Source: a candidate division NPL-UPA2 bacterium Unc8
Lineage (GTDB): Bacteria > NPL-UPA2
Reading direction: 5' to 3'
Length of the DNA: 64,000 nucleotides
NCBI GenBank assembly: GCA_003574845.1
Contig: NDHY01000002.1
Span: 80,317-144,316, forward strand
Below the pieces are notes generated by a model. It was not told the origin of the DNA. It saw nothing but the letters and a program-made list of their open reading frames with translations, and made no database searches. Shown one piece after another: positions 32,050 to 42,312 of this stretch (its first letter is position 1; each line of letters opens with the position of its first letter). The translations under genes were made by a program, and so were the position numbers.

Positions 32050-33945
32050 TTAAAAAACTGCTCTTACTCCAGCAAAGACAGAAGCTCCCGGAGTTCCATA
32101 GCCCCTTGCCTCCTCATAGTCCTCGTTGAAGATATTTTCACCACGCAGAAAAAGCTGGAAGTCCTCCGTCCAGTCATGAGAGGCAGCAAAATCAACGCGG
32201 GTGTAACTATCCAATCTTTCTGTATTTGCGGCATCGTCCCAGCGAGCGCCAATATGGTTAAAGTGCAAGTTTAGATTGACTCTCTCCACGGGACAGTAGT
32301 TGAAGCTGAGGCTATGCTTAATCTGCGGCCTTCTGGCTAATTCATTTCCTTTATGCACACCCTTTAAAACCACAGTATCAGTGTGGGTGTAGTTAGCCGT
32401 TACCCTCATATTTTCAGCGGGCAGAAAAGAAACCTCTAACTCTATTCCTTCTGTTCTTGCTTCATCCACATTGCTCGGGGTCCAAAACCAGGGCCTTACT
32501 TCTGCCCAGGCAATTAAGTTCTCAATGTCATTATGAAAATAAGTTGCTCCTATATGGAATCGCTCGCCCCAGAAATCTATGCCTAAGTCGTAACCGGTGC
32601 TTTCTTCGGGCAAAAGATCTGGGTTACCGGCACTCCAGGGAGTAGCGGGCCAGAAGAGGTCATTAAGAGTAGGGGCTTTAAAGGCAGTGCCCCAGTTTCC
32701 TCTTAATTTTACCGGCGCCTCCGGAAGAAGATAAGCGATACCTATGTTGTAATTAGTATCGCTGCCAAAGGTCTCGTGGTCATCTATCCTGATACCGGTA
32801 ATGAGAAAAAACTTTTCTTCTAAATTCCATTGATGCTGAAGGTAGTAACCCCGGTTAGTAATTGACTTATCAAAATTTTCCACTAACGGGTCCCCACCTT
32901 TAGAGACTCCTTCCTGCTTCTCCCGCTCAATACCGGCGATAAAAGTGCTCGTCTCTCCTGCCGCAAATTCATGCTGCCAATTGATGGTGCTTATGCGAGT
33001 ATCCAGCTTGAAATTATGCCATGGCGTGTCAGGGTCTTTGTCCTCCAAGCTTTCGTCACTAATGGAGGTGTTCACCTTATGGCTCCATCTCTCGGTGAGC
33101 AACTGGTTGAAGTTAGCGGAGAAAATCAGAGATTCCCTATCGCTGGTGTAATTCAGGTCGTCAACAAGGCCCACACCCCAAACTAAAGCATCAAGGTCAA
33201 CGCTGGCATCGGTGTGGCGCAGGGTAAAGTCTAATTCTGCATCTTCAAACACAGGAAAGCCAAAACGGGCAGAAAGAGATGTGTTTTCAGAGCCATCATC
33301 TTCTACCCCAACCTTTGCCCGTGATATTCCATCGGTGACAAAGTTGGAGATACTAAAGGAGTGGTGGAATGGTTCAACACTGCCTGAGGTGGCAAGTGAT
33401 ACCCGACGAGTGCCAAAGGAGCCAGGCTCAACCAAGAATTCCCACCGGGCAGGTCCCACCCCTCTTTTAGTGATGATATTGATTACCCCACCTATGGCAT
33501 CCGAACCATAAAGGGTGCTTTGAGGACCGCGGACAATCTCAATCCGCTCAATATTGTCCACCGTCAGGTGGGCAAAGTCAAACATACCGGTGGTGGGACT
33601 GTTCACCTTTACTCCATCCACCAATACGAGAGTATGACCTGAGTTAGTTCCTCTTAGAAAGACTGAGGTAAGTGCCCCCGGCCCTCCGCTTTGAACTACA
33701 TCTAACCCGGGAAGACCGCGCAGCGCCTCCAAAACTGTTGTTTCTCCCCCCTCGGCAATTTCCTCAGCACTAATTACCGTAACTGAACTGGACAGCTCTG
33801 CTACTGTCGCTTCCCGGCGGGTAGCAGTTACTATTATCTCGCCCAAATCAAAAACGGGCACTTCTGCCCGACTAATCCCCGCTGTAGAGACAAGAATCCC
33901 CACCAGCGCAATCCCAAAAACAAATTTCCTTAAATACTTGCTCAT
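32050..33945 (-). CDS. btuB: TonB-dependent receptor, vitamin B12 transporter BtuB-like
   Basis: Signal peptide, IIVTATR TonB box, plug IERIEIVRGPQSTLYGSDAIGGVINIIT, terminal Phe; upstream cobalamin riboswitch. Confidence 0.88.
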   Translation of the reverse strand: MSKYLRKFVFGIALVGILVSTAGISRAEVPVFDLGEIIVTATRREATVAELSSSVTVISAEEIAEGGETTVLEALRGLPGLDVVQSGGPGALTSVFLRGTNSGHTLVLVDGVKVNSPTTGMFDFAHLTVDNIERIEIVRGPQSTLYGSDAIGGVINIITKRGVGPARWEFLVEPGSFGTRRVSLATSGSVEPFHHSFSISNFVTDGISRAKVGVEDDGSENTSLSARFGFPVFEDAELDFTLRHTDASVDLDALVWGVGLVDDLNYTSDRESLIFSANFNQLLTERWSHKVNTSISDESLEDKDPDTPWHNFKLDTRISTINWQHEFAAGETSTFIAGIEREKQEGVSKGGDPLVENFDKSITNRGYYLQHQWNLEEKFFLITGIRIDDHETFGSDTNYNIGIAYLLPEAPVKLRGNWGTAFKAPTLNDLFWPATPWSAGNPDLLPEESTGYDLGIDFWGERFHIGATYFHNDIENLIAWAEVRPWFWTPSNVDEARTEGIELEVSFLPAENMRVTANYTHTDTVVLKGVHKGNELARRPQIKHSLSFNYCPVERVNLNLHFNHIGARWDDAANTERLDSYTRVDFAASHDWTEDFQLFLRGENIFNEDYEEARGYGTPGASVFAGVRAVF

Positions 33946-33965
33946 TTTTCTCCTCCCTCGAGAAT

Positions 33966-34074
33966 ACTTTCCAGGATAAGCAATGGACCGGACTCTCCGC
34001 CAGTAGGCGGAATCACCGTTGCGGGGCAGCGAAAGGAATCACACCTTCACTTCCTTTGCCTATCTGGAATTACT
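33966..34074 (-). promoter_or_regulatory. Cobalamin riboswitch (compact)
   Basis: Minus strand AAAGGAAGTGAAGGTGTGATTCCTTTCGCTGCCCCGCAACGGTGA...AGTCCGG; B12-box-like elements directly upstream of the receptor RBS. Confidence 0.85.
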
Positions 34075-34205
34075 TATTACTTTTATCCGAGCAGAACCGC
34101 AGGCATGCTTTTCTCACCTCCTTTTTGCCCAAATTAATTCTGCCGTTTTCCTAATCTTCTAACCTCACATTATTCAAAGTAATTTACATGAAATATACCC
34201 TAATG

Positions 34206-34979
34206 TCAACATACGGATTTTCCGTTTTTTTTAAGTAAAGCCTGAACGGCTTCCTTTGCCTCTCTGGTCTTAGCCACTTTAATAAAAGATTCCCTTTCTA
34301 TCACCAATCCTTCATCAAGAGTGCTATTTAACCCCTTGTTGACGCAAAAGATAAGAGTTCTGGTTACAAGAGGAGATCGTTTAGCAAGCTTTTGAGCAAG
34401 CTTTTTAGCCTCATCAATCACTTCCACTTTTTTTGCTAATTTATTTACCAATCCTACCCTGAGAGCTTCATCAGCAGTTATTTTAGTGCCAAGTATCATA
34501 TATTCCAGAGCTTTAGCCCGACCGATAAGTCGCGGCATTCGCTGTGTTCCGCCCCATCCCGGTATGATTCCCAGACTGGATTCCACCAGGCCAATACGAG
34601 CGCCCTCTTTCATTATCCGAAAGTGACAGGCCATGGCTAATTCACAGCCCCCTCCTAAAGCATGGCCACCAACAGCAGCAATTACCGGCTTACTGCATCG
34701 CTCAATTTGATTGCACATATCCTGCCCCATCATGAGAGCTTCAGCAATATTTTTTGCTCTAATTATATCAGCAAGGTCAGCGCCGGCCGAGAAAAAGCTC
34801 TCTCCTGCCCCGGTAATAATAATCACCTTTATATTTCTATCCTCTTCAAGCTCACCAAGTATCTTACCAAGCTCTTCAATGGTAGCAATATTCAACTGGT
34901 TAGCTTTAGGGCGATTAATGGTTACTACAGCATAACTTTCTTCCTTTTTTATAATCAGATTTTCACAAGCCATTGACAT
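34206..34979 (-). CDS. Enoyl-CoA hydratase/isomerase (crotonase family)
   Basis: FSAGADL, GHALGGGCEL and GIIPGWGGTQR motifs. Confidence 0.93.
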   Translation of the reverse strand: MSMACENLIIKKEESYAVVTINRPKANQLNIATIEELGKILGELEEDRNIKVIIITGAGESFFSAGADLADIIRAKNIAEALMMGQDMCNQIERCSKPVIAAVGGHALGGGCELAMACHFRIMKEGARIGLVESSLGIIPGWGGTQRMPRLIGRAKALEYMILGTKITADEALRVGLVNKLAKKVEVIDEAKKLAQKLAKRSPLVTRTLIFCVNKGLNSTLDEGLVIERESFIKVAKTREAKEAVQALLKKNGKSVC

Positions 34980-35137
34980 CTATCCTTTGACACTTCTCTG
35001 TGCCTTTGTGTCTTTTATTGAATCTTTAAATCCTTTTCTCATTAGTATCTACCTTCTGTCAAGTAGAAATGGCATTTGAGCTCCTTGCTCCTTTTTCTTC
35101 TCTGTGATATGCTTCGTCAACCCGGAGGTGATAAAAA

Positions 35138-35482
35138 ATGAAAAATTGTTTGTTCTGTCAAATTGCAGCAAAAGAAGTGCCAGGCGAAATTGTTTATGAA
35201 GATGACGACATCCTTGCATTTAAAGATATAAATCCTATGGCACCGGTTCATATTCTTATTATTCCCAGGAAACATATCTCAGGAATAACATCCTTGAAAG
35301 AGGAGGATAAAGAGATAGTTGGAAAAATTTATCTCACTTTTAGTAAAATTGCCCGTGAGTTTTCTGTCTACCAGTGTGGATTCAGGGTTATCGCAAACTC
35401 CGGCCCGGATGCCGGACAGGCAGTTGACCATCTTCATTTTCATCTTTTAGGAGGAAGGACACTGAGCTGGCCACCTGGATAA
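35138..35482 (+). CDS. HIT family nucleotide-binding protein
   Basis: CLFC, DINP.AP.H, HLHFH, WPPG. Confidence 0.96.
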   Translation: MKNCLFCQIAAKEVPGEIVYEDDDILAFKDINPMAPVHILIIPRKHISGITSLKEEDKEIVGKIYLTFSKIAREFSVYQCGFRVIANSGPDAGQAVDHLHFHLLGGRTLSWPPG

Positions 35483-35493
35483 TATACAAAAAT

Positions 35494-37302
35494 ATGGAAA
35501 ATTCAGCCAGTAAAATTAGAAATTTCTGCATTATTGCTCACATTGACCACGGTAAGAGCACTCTTGCCGATCGGATTCTTGAGTACACTCATACTATTAA
35601 GGAAAGAGAATTTCGCGAGCAGGTGCTTGATAGCATGGACCTGGAGCGCGAGCGAGGCATTACCATTAAATCCAAGACAATAAAAATTAACTATCTTGCC
35701 CGTGACGGAGAGCAATATACTCTAAATCTGATTGATACGCCGGGGCATGTGGACTTCAGTCATGAAGTCTCCCGCAGCCTGATTGCTTGTGAGGGTGCCC
35801 TGGTAGTGGTTGATGCTGCTCAGGGATTACAGGCGCAGACGATTTCAAACATTTACCTGGCAATAGAATATAAATTACGCATCATACTTGTAATCAACAA
35901 GATTGATATGGAAAATGCAGATGTGGATTTAGTGAAGAAAGAGCTTGCCGGTATTCATGAGCTTGATGATGCTCCATGCCTTCTGGTTAGCGCCAAAGAA
36001 GGCACCGGCATTGCTGAATTGCTTGAGGCAATCGTAGAATACATTCCACCTCCGAAGTGCAGCAATGAAAACAAAAGCTCTAATTTTAAAGCACTGATAT
36101 TTGATTCCACCTTTGATACATACAAAGGCGTTGTCGTCTATCTTAAAATAGCTTCCGGTGCGGTAAAGAAAGGCGATATGGTGCAGTTTCTTTCCAATAG
36201 AAAGGAATTTGAGGTTAACGAGACAGGCATCTTCAAATTGAAGATGGAAAAAAAAGAATCCTTGACTTGCGGCGAAGTTGGATATTTAACCGCCAACATT
36301 AAAAACATTCAAGACGCTCGTATTGGAGATACAATAGTTTCCAGTCTCAACTCTGCAGAAGAACCAATTGCAGGATACAAACCGGCAAAGCCAATGGTTT
36401 TTTCGGCTATTCACTCAATAGAATCCCAATATTATCCATTATTAAGGGGGGCGCTTGACAAATTAAACCTTAATGACCCTTCTTTTACCTATGAGCCAGA
36501 AACCTCATCATCATTAGGGTTTGGATTTCGCTGTGGATTTCTTGGACCGCTTCATATGGAGATTGTTCAGGAGCGGCTGGAAAGAGAATACGACCTTGAC
36601 CTTATTTCCTCAGCACCGAGTGTGTGTTATCAAATAAAAATTAGGGGAAAGACTGTGCTTATTGACAGTCCAGCAAAGTTTCCTCCACCCCAGGAAATAG
36701 AGAAGACGGAAGAGCCGTTTGTCAGGATAAAGATTTTCTCTCCGGATGAGTACATGGGAGCATTGATAAAACTTTGTAAGGGGAGAGGAGGTACCTACAT
36801 CAGCACCAGCTACCTTGACCCCACACGAGTTGTTATCACCTTTGAGATTCCAATGAGTGAAATAATAGTAGATTTTCATGATAGGATTAAGTCCATAACG
36901 CGAGGATACGGCTCTCTTGATTATAAAGATATTGGCTATAGAGAAGCAAACGTTGTCAAACTTGACATTCTACTGAATGGCGAGAAGATAGACGCACTTA
37001 CCTGCATTATGCCCAGAGAGAAGGCGCAGGAGAGAGGTAGAGCGCTTGCATTAAAACTCAAGGAAGTAATTCCCAGGCAACAGTTTCCCATTGCTATTCA
37101 GGCAGCTATTGGTAGTAACATTATAGCCCGGGAGACAGTTAAATCCTTTAGGAAAGACGTTACCGAAAAGCTCTACGGTGGGGATGTAACAAGAAAAAGG
37201 AAGCTACTGGAGAAACAAAAGCGCGGCAAGAAACGAATGAAGACATTGGGCAAAGTGAACATTCCGCAGGAAGCATTTCTTGCCATTATGAAAACACTCT
37301 AA
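35494..37302 (+). CDS. lepA: Elongation factor 4
   Basis: IRNFCIIAHIDHGKSTL, GFRCGFLG.LH and YGGDVTRKRKLLEKQK. Confidence 0.98.
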   Translation: MENSASKIRNFCIIAHIDHGKSTLADRILEYTHTIKEREFREQVLDSMDLERERGITIKSKTIKINYLARDGEQYTLNLIDTPGHVDFSHEVSRSLIACEGALVVVDAAQGLQAQTISNIYLAIEYKLRIILVINKIDMENADVDLVKKELAGIHELDDAPCLLVSAKEGTGIAELLEAIVEYIPPPKCSNENKSSNFKALIFDSTFDTYKGVVVYLKIASGAVKKGDMVQFLSNRKEFEVNETGIFKLKMEKKESLTCGEVGYLTANIKNIQDARIGDTIVSSLNSAEEPIAGYKPAKPMVFSAIHSIESQYYPLLRGALDKLNLNDPSFTYEPETSSSLGFGFRCGFLGPLHMEIVQERLEREYDLDLISSAPSVCYQIKIRGKTVLIDSPAKFPPPQEIEKTEEPFVRIKIFSPDEYMGALIKLCKGRGGTYISTSYLDPTRVVITFEIPMSEIIVDFHDRIKSITRGYGSLDYKDIGYREANVVKLDILLNGEKIDALTCIMPREKAQERGRALALKLKEVIPRQQFPIAIQAAIGSNIIARETVKSFRKDVTEKLYGGDVTRKRKLLEKQKRGKKRMKTLGKVNIPQEAFLAIMKTL

Positions 37303-37325
37303 CCCCGTTGGAGCCAAGATTTATC

Positions 37326-37808
37326 TCAATAGAGAATAGGAATAGCTTTAGCCTCTGCAATTTTCCACCTTTCCTCTGTTTTTTCCCAGTGCATTTCAAT
37401 ATCCCGTATTTCTCTGGCGGATGCGTGGGTTACTACGGCAGTCTTGATAGATATAGCCGTTACTTTATTTTTTCTTATGGTAATGGAAACATCGTGAAAA
37501 GCAACTTCTACCTCATCAGCAACCATCTTTCTTATCTGATAAATTGTGGCAATAAGTGCTTCCCGCCCATGAATTTCCGGGATGGAGTCGCCCACCACAA
37601 TTCGGCAGTCATCAGTAAAAAACGCCCCTATCCTATGGATTTCAGCCAGAGCTACAATCCCACCTCCATTTATTGATTTAGACAGCATAGCCGCCAGGGA
37701 AATTAAGTAACCATGAATTTGTCGTTCATCATTATGACGGGTAACAATAAGGACAACGATAAAGGAGATAACGAGCAAGAATATTAAAGTCAGGACAATC
37801 TTCTTCAA
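37326..37808 (-). CDS. Membrane-anchored hypothetical protein (NTF2/SnoaL-like C-terminus)
   Basis: N-terminal TM helix; FTDD...GREAL...WEKTEERWKI pattern; coupled to lepB. Confidence 0.55.
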   Translation of the reverse strand: MKKIVLTLIFLLVISFIVVLIVTRHNDERQIHGYLISLAAMLSKSINGGGIVALAEIHRIGAFFTDDCRIVVGDSIPEIHGREALIATIYQIRKMVADEVEVAFHDVSITIRKNKVTAISIKTAVVTHASAREIRDIEMHWEKTEERWKIAEAKAIPILY

Positions 37809-38299
37809 AACAGGGGTCCTCCTGCAATTCGGTGACGCTGGACTCGCCCGAAATCATGAGCCTCAGGAGGCATCTGCCTGTTGTCACCAACCACGAAAAA
37901 CTCATCTAAGCTAATCTCCACCTCAGGCGTGGTCCAATCGTAGCTGCTCTTTAGATAAGGCTCCGGAGTTAGGTGTCCATTTATGATAAGAGTGCCTTTC
38001 TTAAACATCAGCCGTTCCCCGGGCAAGCCCACGACTCTCTTAAGTAATAAAATCTGTCTCCCGGCCAGCCTAATAGCCACTACATCTCCCCGGGCAGGCT
38101 CACGGAATCGGTAGCGCAGAGTATTCACGAAGTTGACGGAACCATCACGATAAGCGGGCTCCATGCTGATACCCGTTATGCGAATCGGCAAGAGTATAAA
38201 CCCGAACACTACAAAACAGACTATTGTTAGAATTAGAGCGCGCAACAGCGTCTGTCGCGGGTTTTTGCCCCAGATAACCCTCTTTACTATTGTACTCAC
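37805..38299 (-). CDS. lepB: Signal peptidase I
   Basis: GISMEP, LKRVVGLPGE, FVVGDNR. Confidence 0.92.
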   Translation of the reverse strand: MSTIVKRVIWGKNPRQTLLRALILTIVCFVVFGFILLPIRITGISMEPAYRDGSVNFVNTLRYRFREPARGDVVAIRLAGRQILLLKRVVGLPGERLMFKKGTLIINGHLTPEPYLKSSYDWTTPEVEISLDEFFVVGDNRQMPPEAHDFGRVQRHRIAGGPLF

Positions 38300-38527
38300 T
38301 TTGGTTCACCAGAAAGTCTATTGCGCTTAAAAATATCACTATCTGTAAGAATTTGCAAGTATTTATCCCCTACTCCATTATAAATGAGAAAATTAGTTAT
38401 AGTAAAAAGGTAAAAATATGATATAATCCCACAGACTCCCAAGTGGAGCAAACAGTCATGTATAAACCCTGTTAAATAGCAAGCATCTAATGATGTAAAC
38501 GAAGTGGTTCGGATATTTTAAACAAGA

Positions 38528-38983
38528 ATGCAAGTCAAGAATTGTCAAAGGTATCGAATCATGTTGAAAAATAGGAAAATAGCATCCATAGAGATGAGTG
38601 GACACAAGGTGAAGAGCTTCACGCCACCTGATACAAAGAATAAGCTACCTAAACTATATGTAGTCAAATCTGGATCGGAAGTCATCTATGTCGGTGTAAC
38701 GTCTCAAAGCATCCAAAGTCGTTTGAGATATGGTCTAAAGGCACAAGGAAAAGGTGGCTACCACGGGTATAAGTGGAAGGACTTAAGCGAAGTTGACATC
38801 TTAATATGGCACTTCCCAAACGAAAGTCGGGACTATGTAGAAGCAGTAGAGGCAGAGCTGGTATATTTGTTTCGCAAGTGCACAGGAAAATGGCCTAAGC
38901 ATCAGATGGAAATCCACTTTCATAATACTTCAGAGGATGAAATTAAGGCAGTAAAAGCAATCTTTAAAGAATCTTGTGAATAG
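38528..38983 (+). CDS. GIY-YIG-like nuclease-fold protein, gene-cassette-like
   Basis: KLYVV....VIYVGVT...RL..., later AVEAEL; attC-like site 14 bp after the stop. Confidence 0.6.
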   Translation: MQVKNCQRYRIMLKNRKIASIEMSGHKVKSFTPPDTKNKLPKLYVVKSGSEVIYVGVTSQSIQSRLRYGLKAQGKGGYHGYKWKDLSEVDILIWHFPNESRDYVEAVEAELVYLFRKCTGKWPKHQMEIHFHNTSEDEIKAVKAIFKESCE

Positions 38984-38996
38984 AAGGCATTACATC

Positions 38997-39115
38997 CGAT
39001 AACAGAGCGTATCTGGCTTCGTGCCTTCGGCACTTACCCAAACTTCGGGTTTGCGTAATCCCTGATGAGATTCGCAAATCCCTTCGGGACTTCGCATACA
39101 CCGATACCGTTATCT
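38997..39115 (+). mobile_element. attC-like site 1 (long)
   Basis: CGATAAC...GTTATCT complementary ends; interior built of small hairpins (gtgccttcggcac, tttgcg/cgcaaa, tcccttcggga). Confidence 0.65.
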
Positions 39116-39163
39116 GAAATCGTATCAGTTAGAAAATAATAGATGTAGTTATGGGAGGTAGAG

Positions 39164-40552
39164 GTGTTAGGTAGAGAGAAAAAGTTTTATAATAATGTCC
39201 TCTGTGTTTATCCTCATCAGGAAGGGGTTCCGGAAAAAAAATATTGTCCTCCTATTGGGTTGGAATATATTGCTACTGTTTTAGAATCCCTGGTTGAGAA
39301 GGTTACCCTTATTGATATGCGATTTGAGCCAAACCTGAATGATTTCCTTAAGGAAGCTGATTTAGTCTGCTTGTCTGTAAACTGGGATTACCAGCGAGAG
39401 GCCGCTATAAATATTATTGCTCAAATTTCTTCCGATATCAAGGTCATTGTAGGAGGAAGAGACGCTACGGTTCATGTAGAAGAGCTTTTTGCCGCAGCCC
39501 CTAATATAGATATTATTGTCAGAGGAGACGGGGAGGAAATTATTCGGGACATAGTCTCGGGGCTATCTCTTGGGGAGATTACCGGCATTTCTTACCGTGA
39601 AGACGGAAAAATTATTCATAATAAAGTTCGCGACCTTCACTCGTTGAATGATGCCATCTATCCTAATAGAAAGATGAGGCGGGCTAATTATAGACTTTTA
39701 TATGGAGATATAGACCTTGGCCTGGGCATGGACTTTATTTCAACTTCCAGAGGGTGCCCTTATAATTGTAAATTTTGCACTTTTACTAATAATCCTTTGG
39801 GGCAGAAAAGGGATTGGAGCGCCAGGTCAGCGCGCTCTGTTATTGAAGAATTAAAGACTATTGATGCCGGGTTTGTTTTTATAGTAGATGACAATTTTGC
39901 CATAGATATGAAAAGGGTTGAAGAAATTTGCAATTTGATAATTGCCGAAGGTATTAAAAAGACATTTATGGTTGCCTTAAGACTTGAAATTTATAAGCAT
40001 CCGCAAGTCTTAAAGAAGATGTTTAAGGCAGGTTTTAAGATACTTACAATAGGAATTGAATCAGCCCAGAATAAAACTTTAAAAGCAATGCAAAAAGGTT
40101 TTGATACTACTTTAGCCAAGAAAGCATTTGCCAAGATCAGGAAAACAAATTTTTATATCCATGGCTATTTTATTATTGGATGTATAGGAGAAAGTGAGTC
40201 AGAAATGCTGGAGATTGCCTATTTTGCCAGGGAGCTCAAATTGGATACCATTAGTCTCAGTTTACTGAGAACAGAAAAATACTCCCCTCTAAATGACCTT
40301 ATCTCCAGTTCAACAGGTTATTATGTAGGTGAAAACAATATAGTGTGTTCCATGGAATACCCATTAGAAAAGTTGGGGGATATTAGACGTCGTATAGGTA
40401 GGAGCTACTATAATTTTCCTACTGTGCTAAGAATAACAAAGAAAATATTCACTGCTCGCTTAATAACCTTTCCTCACCTGGCTAAATTGATATTTATTCT
40501 TTTTCTTAGAGGGGTATTAAACAATAAGAAAAGGAGGAATTATGGAATATAA
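39164..40552 (+). CDS. B12-binding domain radical SAM protein
   Basis: PPIGLEYIA, VGG, RGDGE, TSRGCPYNCKFC, DDNF, GIES. Confidence 0.92.
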   Translation: MLGREKKFYNNVLCVYPHQEGVPEKKYCPPIGLEYIATVLESLVEKVTLIDMRFEPNLNDFLKEADLVCLSVNWDYQREAAINIIAQISSDIKVIVGGRDATVHVEELFAAAPNIDIIVRGDGEEIIRDIVSGLSLGEITGISYREDGKIIHNKVRDLHSLNDAIYPNRKMRRANYRLLYGDIDLGLGMDFISTSRGCPYNCKFCTFTNNPLGQKRDWSARSARSVIEELKTIDAGFVFIVDDNFAIDMKRVEEICNLIIAEGIKKTFMVALRLEIYKHPQVLKKMFKAGFKILTIGIESAQNKTLKAMQKGFDTTLAKKAFAKIRKTNFYIHGYFIIGCIGESESEMLEIAYFARELKLDTISLSLLRTEKYSPLNDLISSSTGYYVGENNIVCSMEYPLEKLGDIRRRIGRSYYNFPTVLRITKKIFTARLITFPHLAKLIFILFLRGVLNNKKRRNYGI

Positions 40553-40692
40553 AGAGGAGCAGGGGGTAAAGATGAAAAAGATAATTTTGCTTGCAGGTAT
40601 TTTTTTAGGGCTGTGCTCACTTAACTTAGTGGCAAGAGCAGAGCAAAGTGAATACTTATACAGTTCGCCATAAGGAATTAGGAGGTGAGGAA

Positions 40693-41631
40693 ATGAAATT
40701 CAATGCAAAGCGATTTATCAATGAAAAGTTGGAAGAGATAAAAAAAGAAGCAGGGAATGGAGGAGCTTTGGTTGCCACCTCAGGTGGTGTTGATAGCATG
40801 ACGTGTGCTCTTCTATCTTACAAGGCATTGGGCAAAAAAGCAGTTATACTTTTTATAGACGATGGCCTGATGAGAGAAAGTGATAAAAAAATAGTCAGGG
40901 AGGGACTTAAACCCTTTGGGGTAACTGTAAAGATAATAAAGGCACAAAAGGATTTTTTCAAGGCTATAAAAGGAAAAGAAAGCCCTGAAGAAAAACGAAA
41001 AGCCTTCCGCCAGGTCTTTTATAAAACCCTGGGTAAAGCAATTAAGCAAAATAAAGTAGAGTCATTAATTCAGGGCACTATTGCTGCTGATGTTATTGAA
41101 ACTAAGGATAATATCAAGACTCAACATAACGTCTTAAAGCAAATAGGAATTGACCCAAAAAAACGATTTGGTTTTAAAGTCGTAGAGCCCTTGCGAGAAA
41201 TTTTTAAGCATCAAGTAAGGCAAGTGGCGAAGCAATTAGGATTCTCACAACGAGTTTATAAACAGATGCCCTTTCCCGGGCCCGGGTTAGCAACCAGAAT
41301 AATAGGCGAGGTGACACCCCGGAGGATTAAGGTTCTGAGGCAAGCCACAGAGATAGTGGAAGAAGAGATTAAGGAACTGCGACCATTTCAGGCATTTGCT
41401 GTCTTATTGAAGGATAAGGCCACAGGTATTCGAGGAGGAAAGCGCTTTTTTGGTAATATTATAGTGGTCAGGTCGGTAGAGAGTAAGGATGCTATGACAG
41501 CATCCGTTACCAGGGTTCCGTGGCGAATCTTAGAGAAAATCAGAGATAGGATTATAGAAGAGGTTCCTCAGGTAATAAAAGTTCTATTTGACATAACTCC
41601 GAAGCCACCAAGCACAATTGAATTTATTTAA
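40693..41631 (+). CDS. GMP synthase ATP-pyrophosphatase subunit (stand-alone subunit B type)
   Basis: SGGVDS, QGTI..DVIE, IKTQHNV, PFPGPGL, KPPSTIE; no glutaminase domain; GGAGGTGA RBS before the ATG at 40693. Confidence 0.9.
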   Translation: MKFNAKRFINEKLEEIKKEAGNGGALVATSGGVDSMTCALLSYKALGKKAVILFIDDGLMRESDKKIVREGLKPFGVTVKIIKAQKDFFKAIKGKESPEEKRKAFRQVFYKTLGKAIKQNKVESLIQGTIAADVIETKDNIKTQHNVLKQIGIDPKKRFGFKVVEPLREIFKHQVRQVAKQLGFSQRVYKQMPFPGPGLATRIIGEVTPRRIKVLRQATEIVEEEIKELRPFQAFAVLLKDKATGIRGGKRFFGNIIVVRSVESKDAMTASVTRVPWRILEKIRDRIIEEVPQVIKVLFDITPKPPSTIEFI

Positions 41632-41663
41632 GTTCAAGCCGCTCCCTAAAAAATAAGAGGTAA

Positions 41664-42185
41664 ATGAAGAATATTTTGGTGACTGGCCGCCCGGGTGTTG
41701 GGAAGACAACATTAATCAAGAAGGTCATCAAAGACTTTGAGCTGGATGCCGGTGGTTTCTATACTCAGGAAGCGAGAAAGGGAGGCATCCGCCAGGGATT
41801 TGAGATTGTTACCCTCAGTGGAAAGAGAGGAACACTGGCTTCTGTGAACTTCAACAGTCCTTACCGGGTGGGAAAATATGGAGTGAACCTTAGAGACTTA
41901 GAGGAAGTAGCGGGAGGAGCCATTGAGGAAGCTCTTGAGAAGAATAGCTTCCTTGTCATTGATGAGATCGGCAAAATGGAGCTATTCTCCGAGAAGTTCA
42001 TTTTCCTTCTCAAGAAAGCGCTGGAAAGTTCGGTTAAGCTCCTGGGAGTGATTAAGCTCAAGGATAACCAGCTTACCAGCGAGATAAAAAATCGTCCCGA
42101 TACCGTGGTCTATACCCTGGACAGAGCCAACTTCCATCTGGTGGAAGAGAAGATAAAACGAGACCTGGGTGATCAGGAAAAATAA
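41664..42185 (+). CDS. NTPase, THEP1/NTPase_1 family
   Basis: TGRPGVGKTT, GGFYTQE, VGKYGV, IDEIGKME. Confidence 0.92.
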   Translation: MKNILVTGRPGVGKTTLIKKVIKDFELDAGGFYTQEARKGGIRQGFEIVTLSGKRGTLASVNFNSPYRVGKYGVNLRDLEEVAGGAIEEALEKNSFLVIDEIGKMELFSEKFIFLLKKALESSVKLLGVIKLKDNQLTSEIKNRPDTVVYTLDRANFHLVEEKIKRDLGDQEK

Positions 42186-42312
42186 AATTATGAAAAATTG
42201 CAGATTTTTAGGGTTAATCAAAATTATTGTCGGTTTTCTATTTTGTATTCTGTTACTTGGTTGCATCATTTACGCAGGTGAGTTCTATCGTTAGGTCATA
42301 GGAGAAAAATGA

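Noticed and set aside
37308-37676. Antisense ORFs over real genes (this one and many others in the track)
   Set aside because: The opposite strand carries better-supported, operon-coupled CDSs
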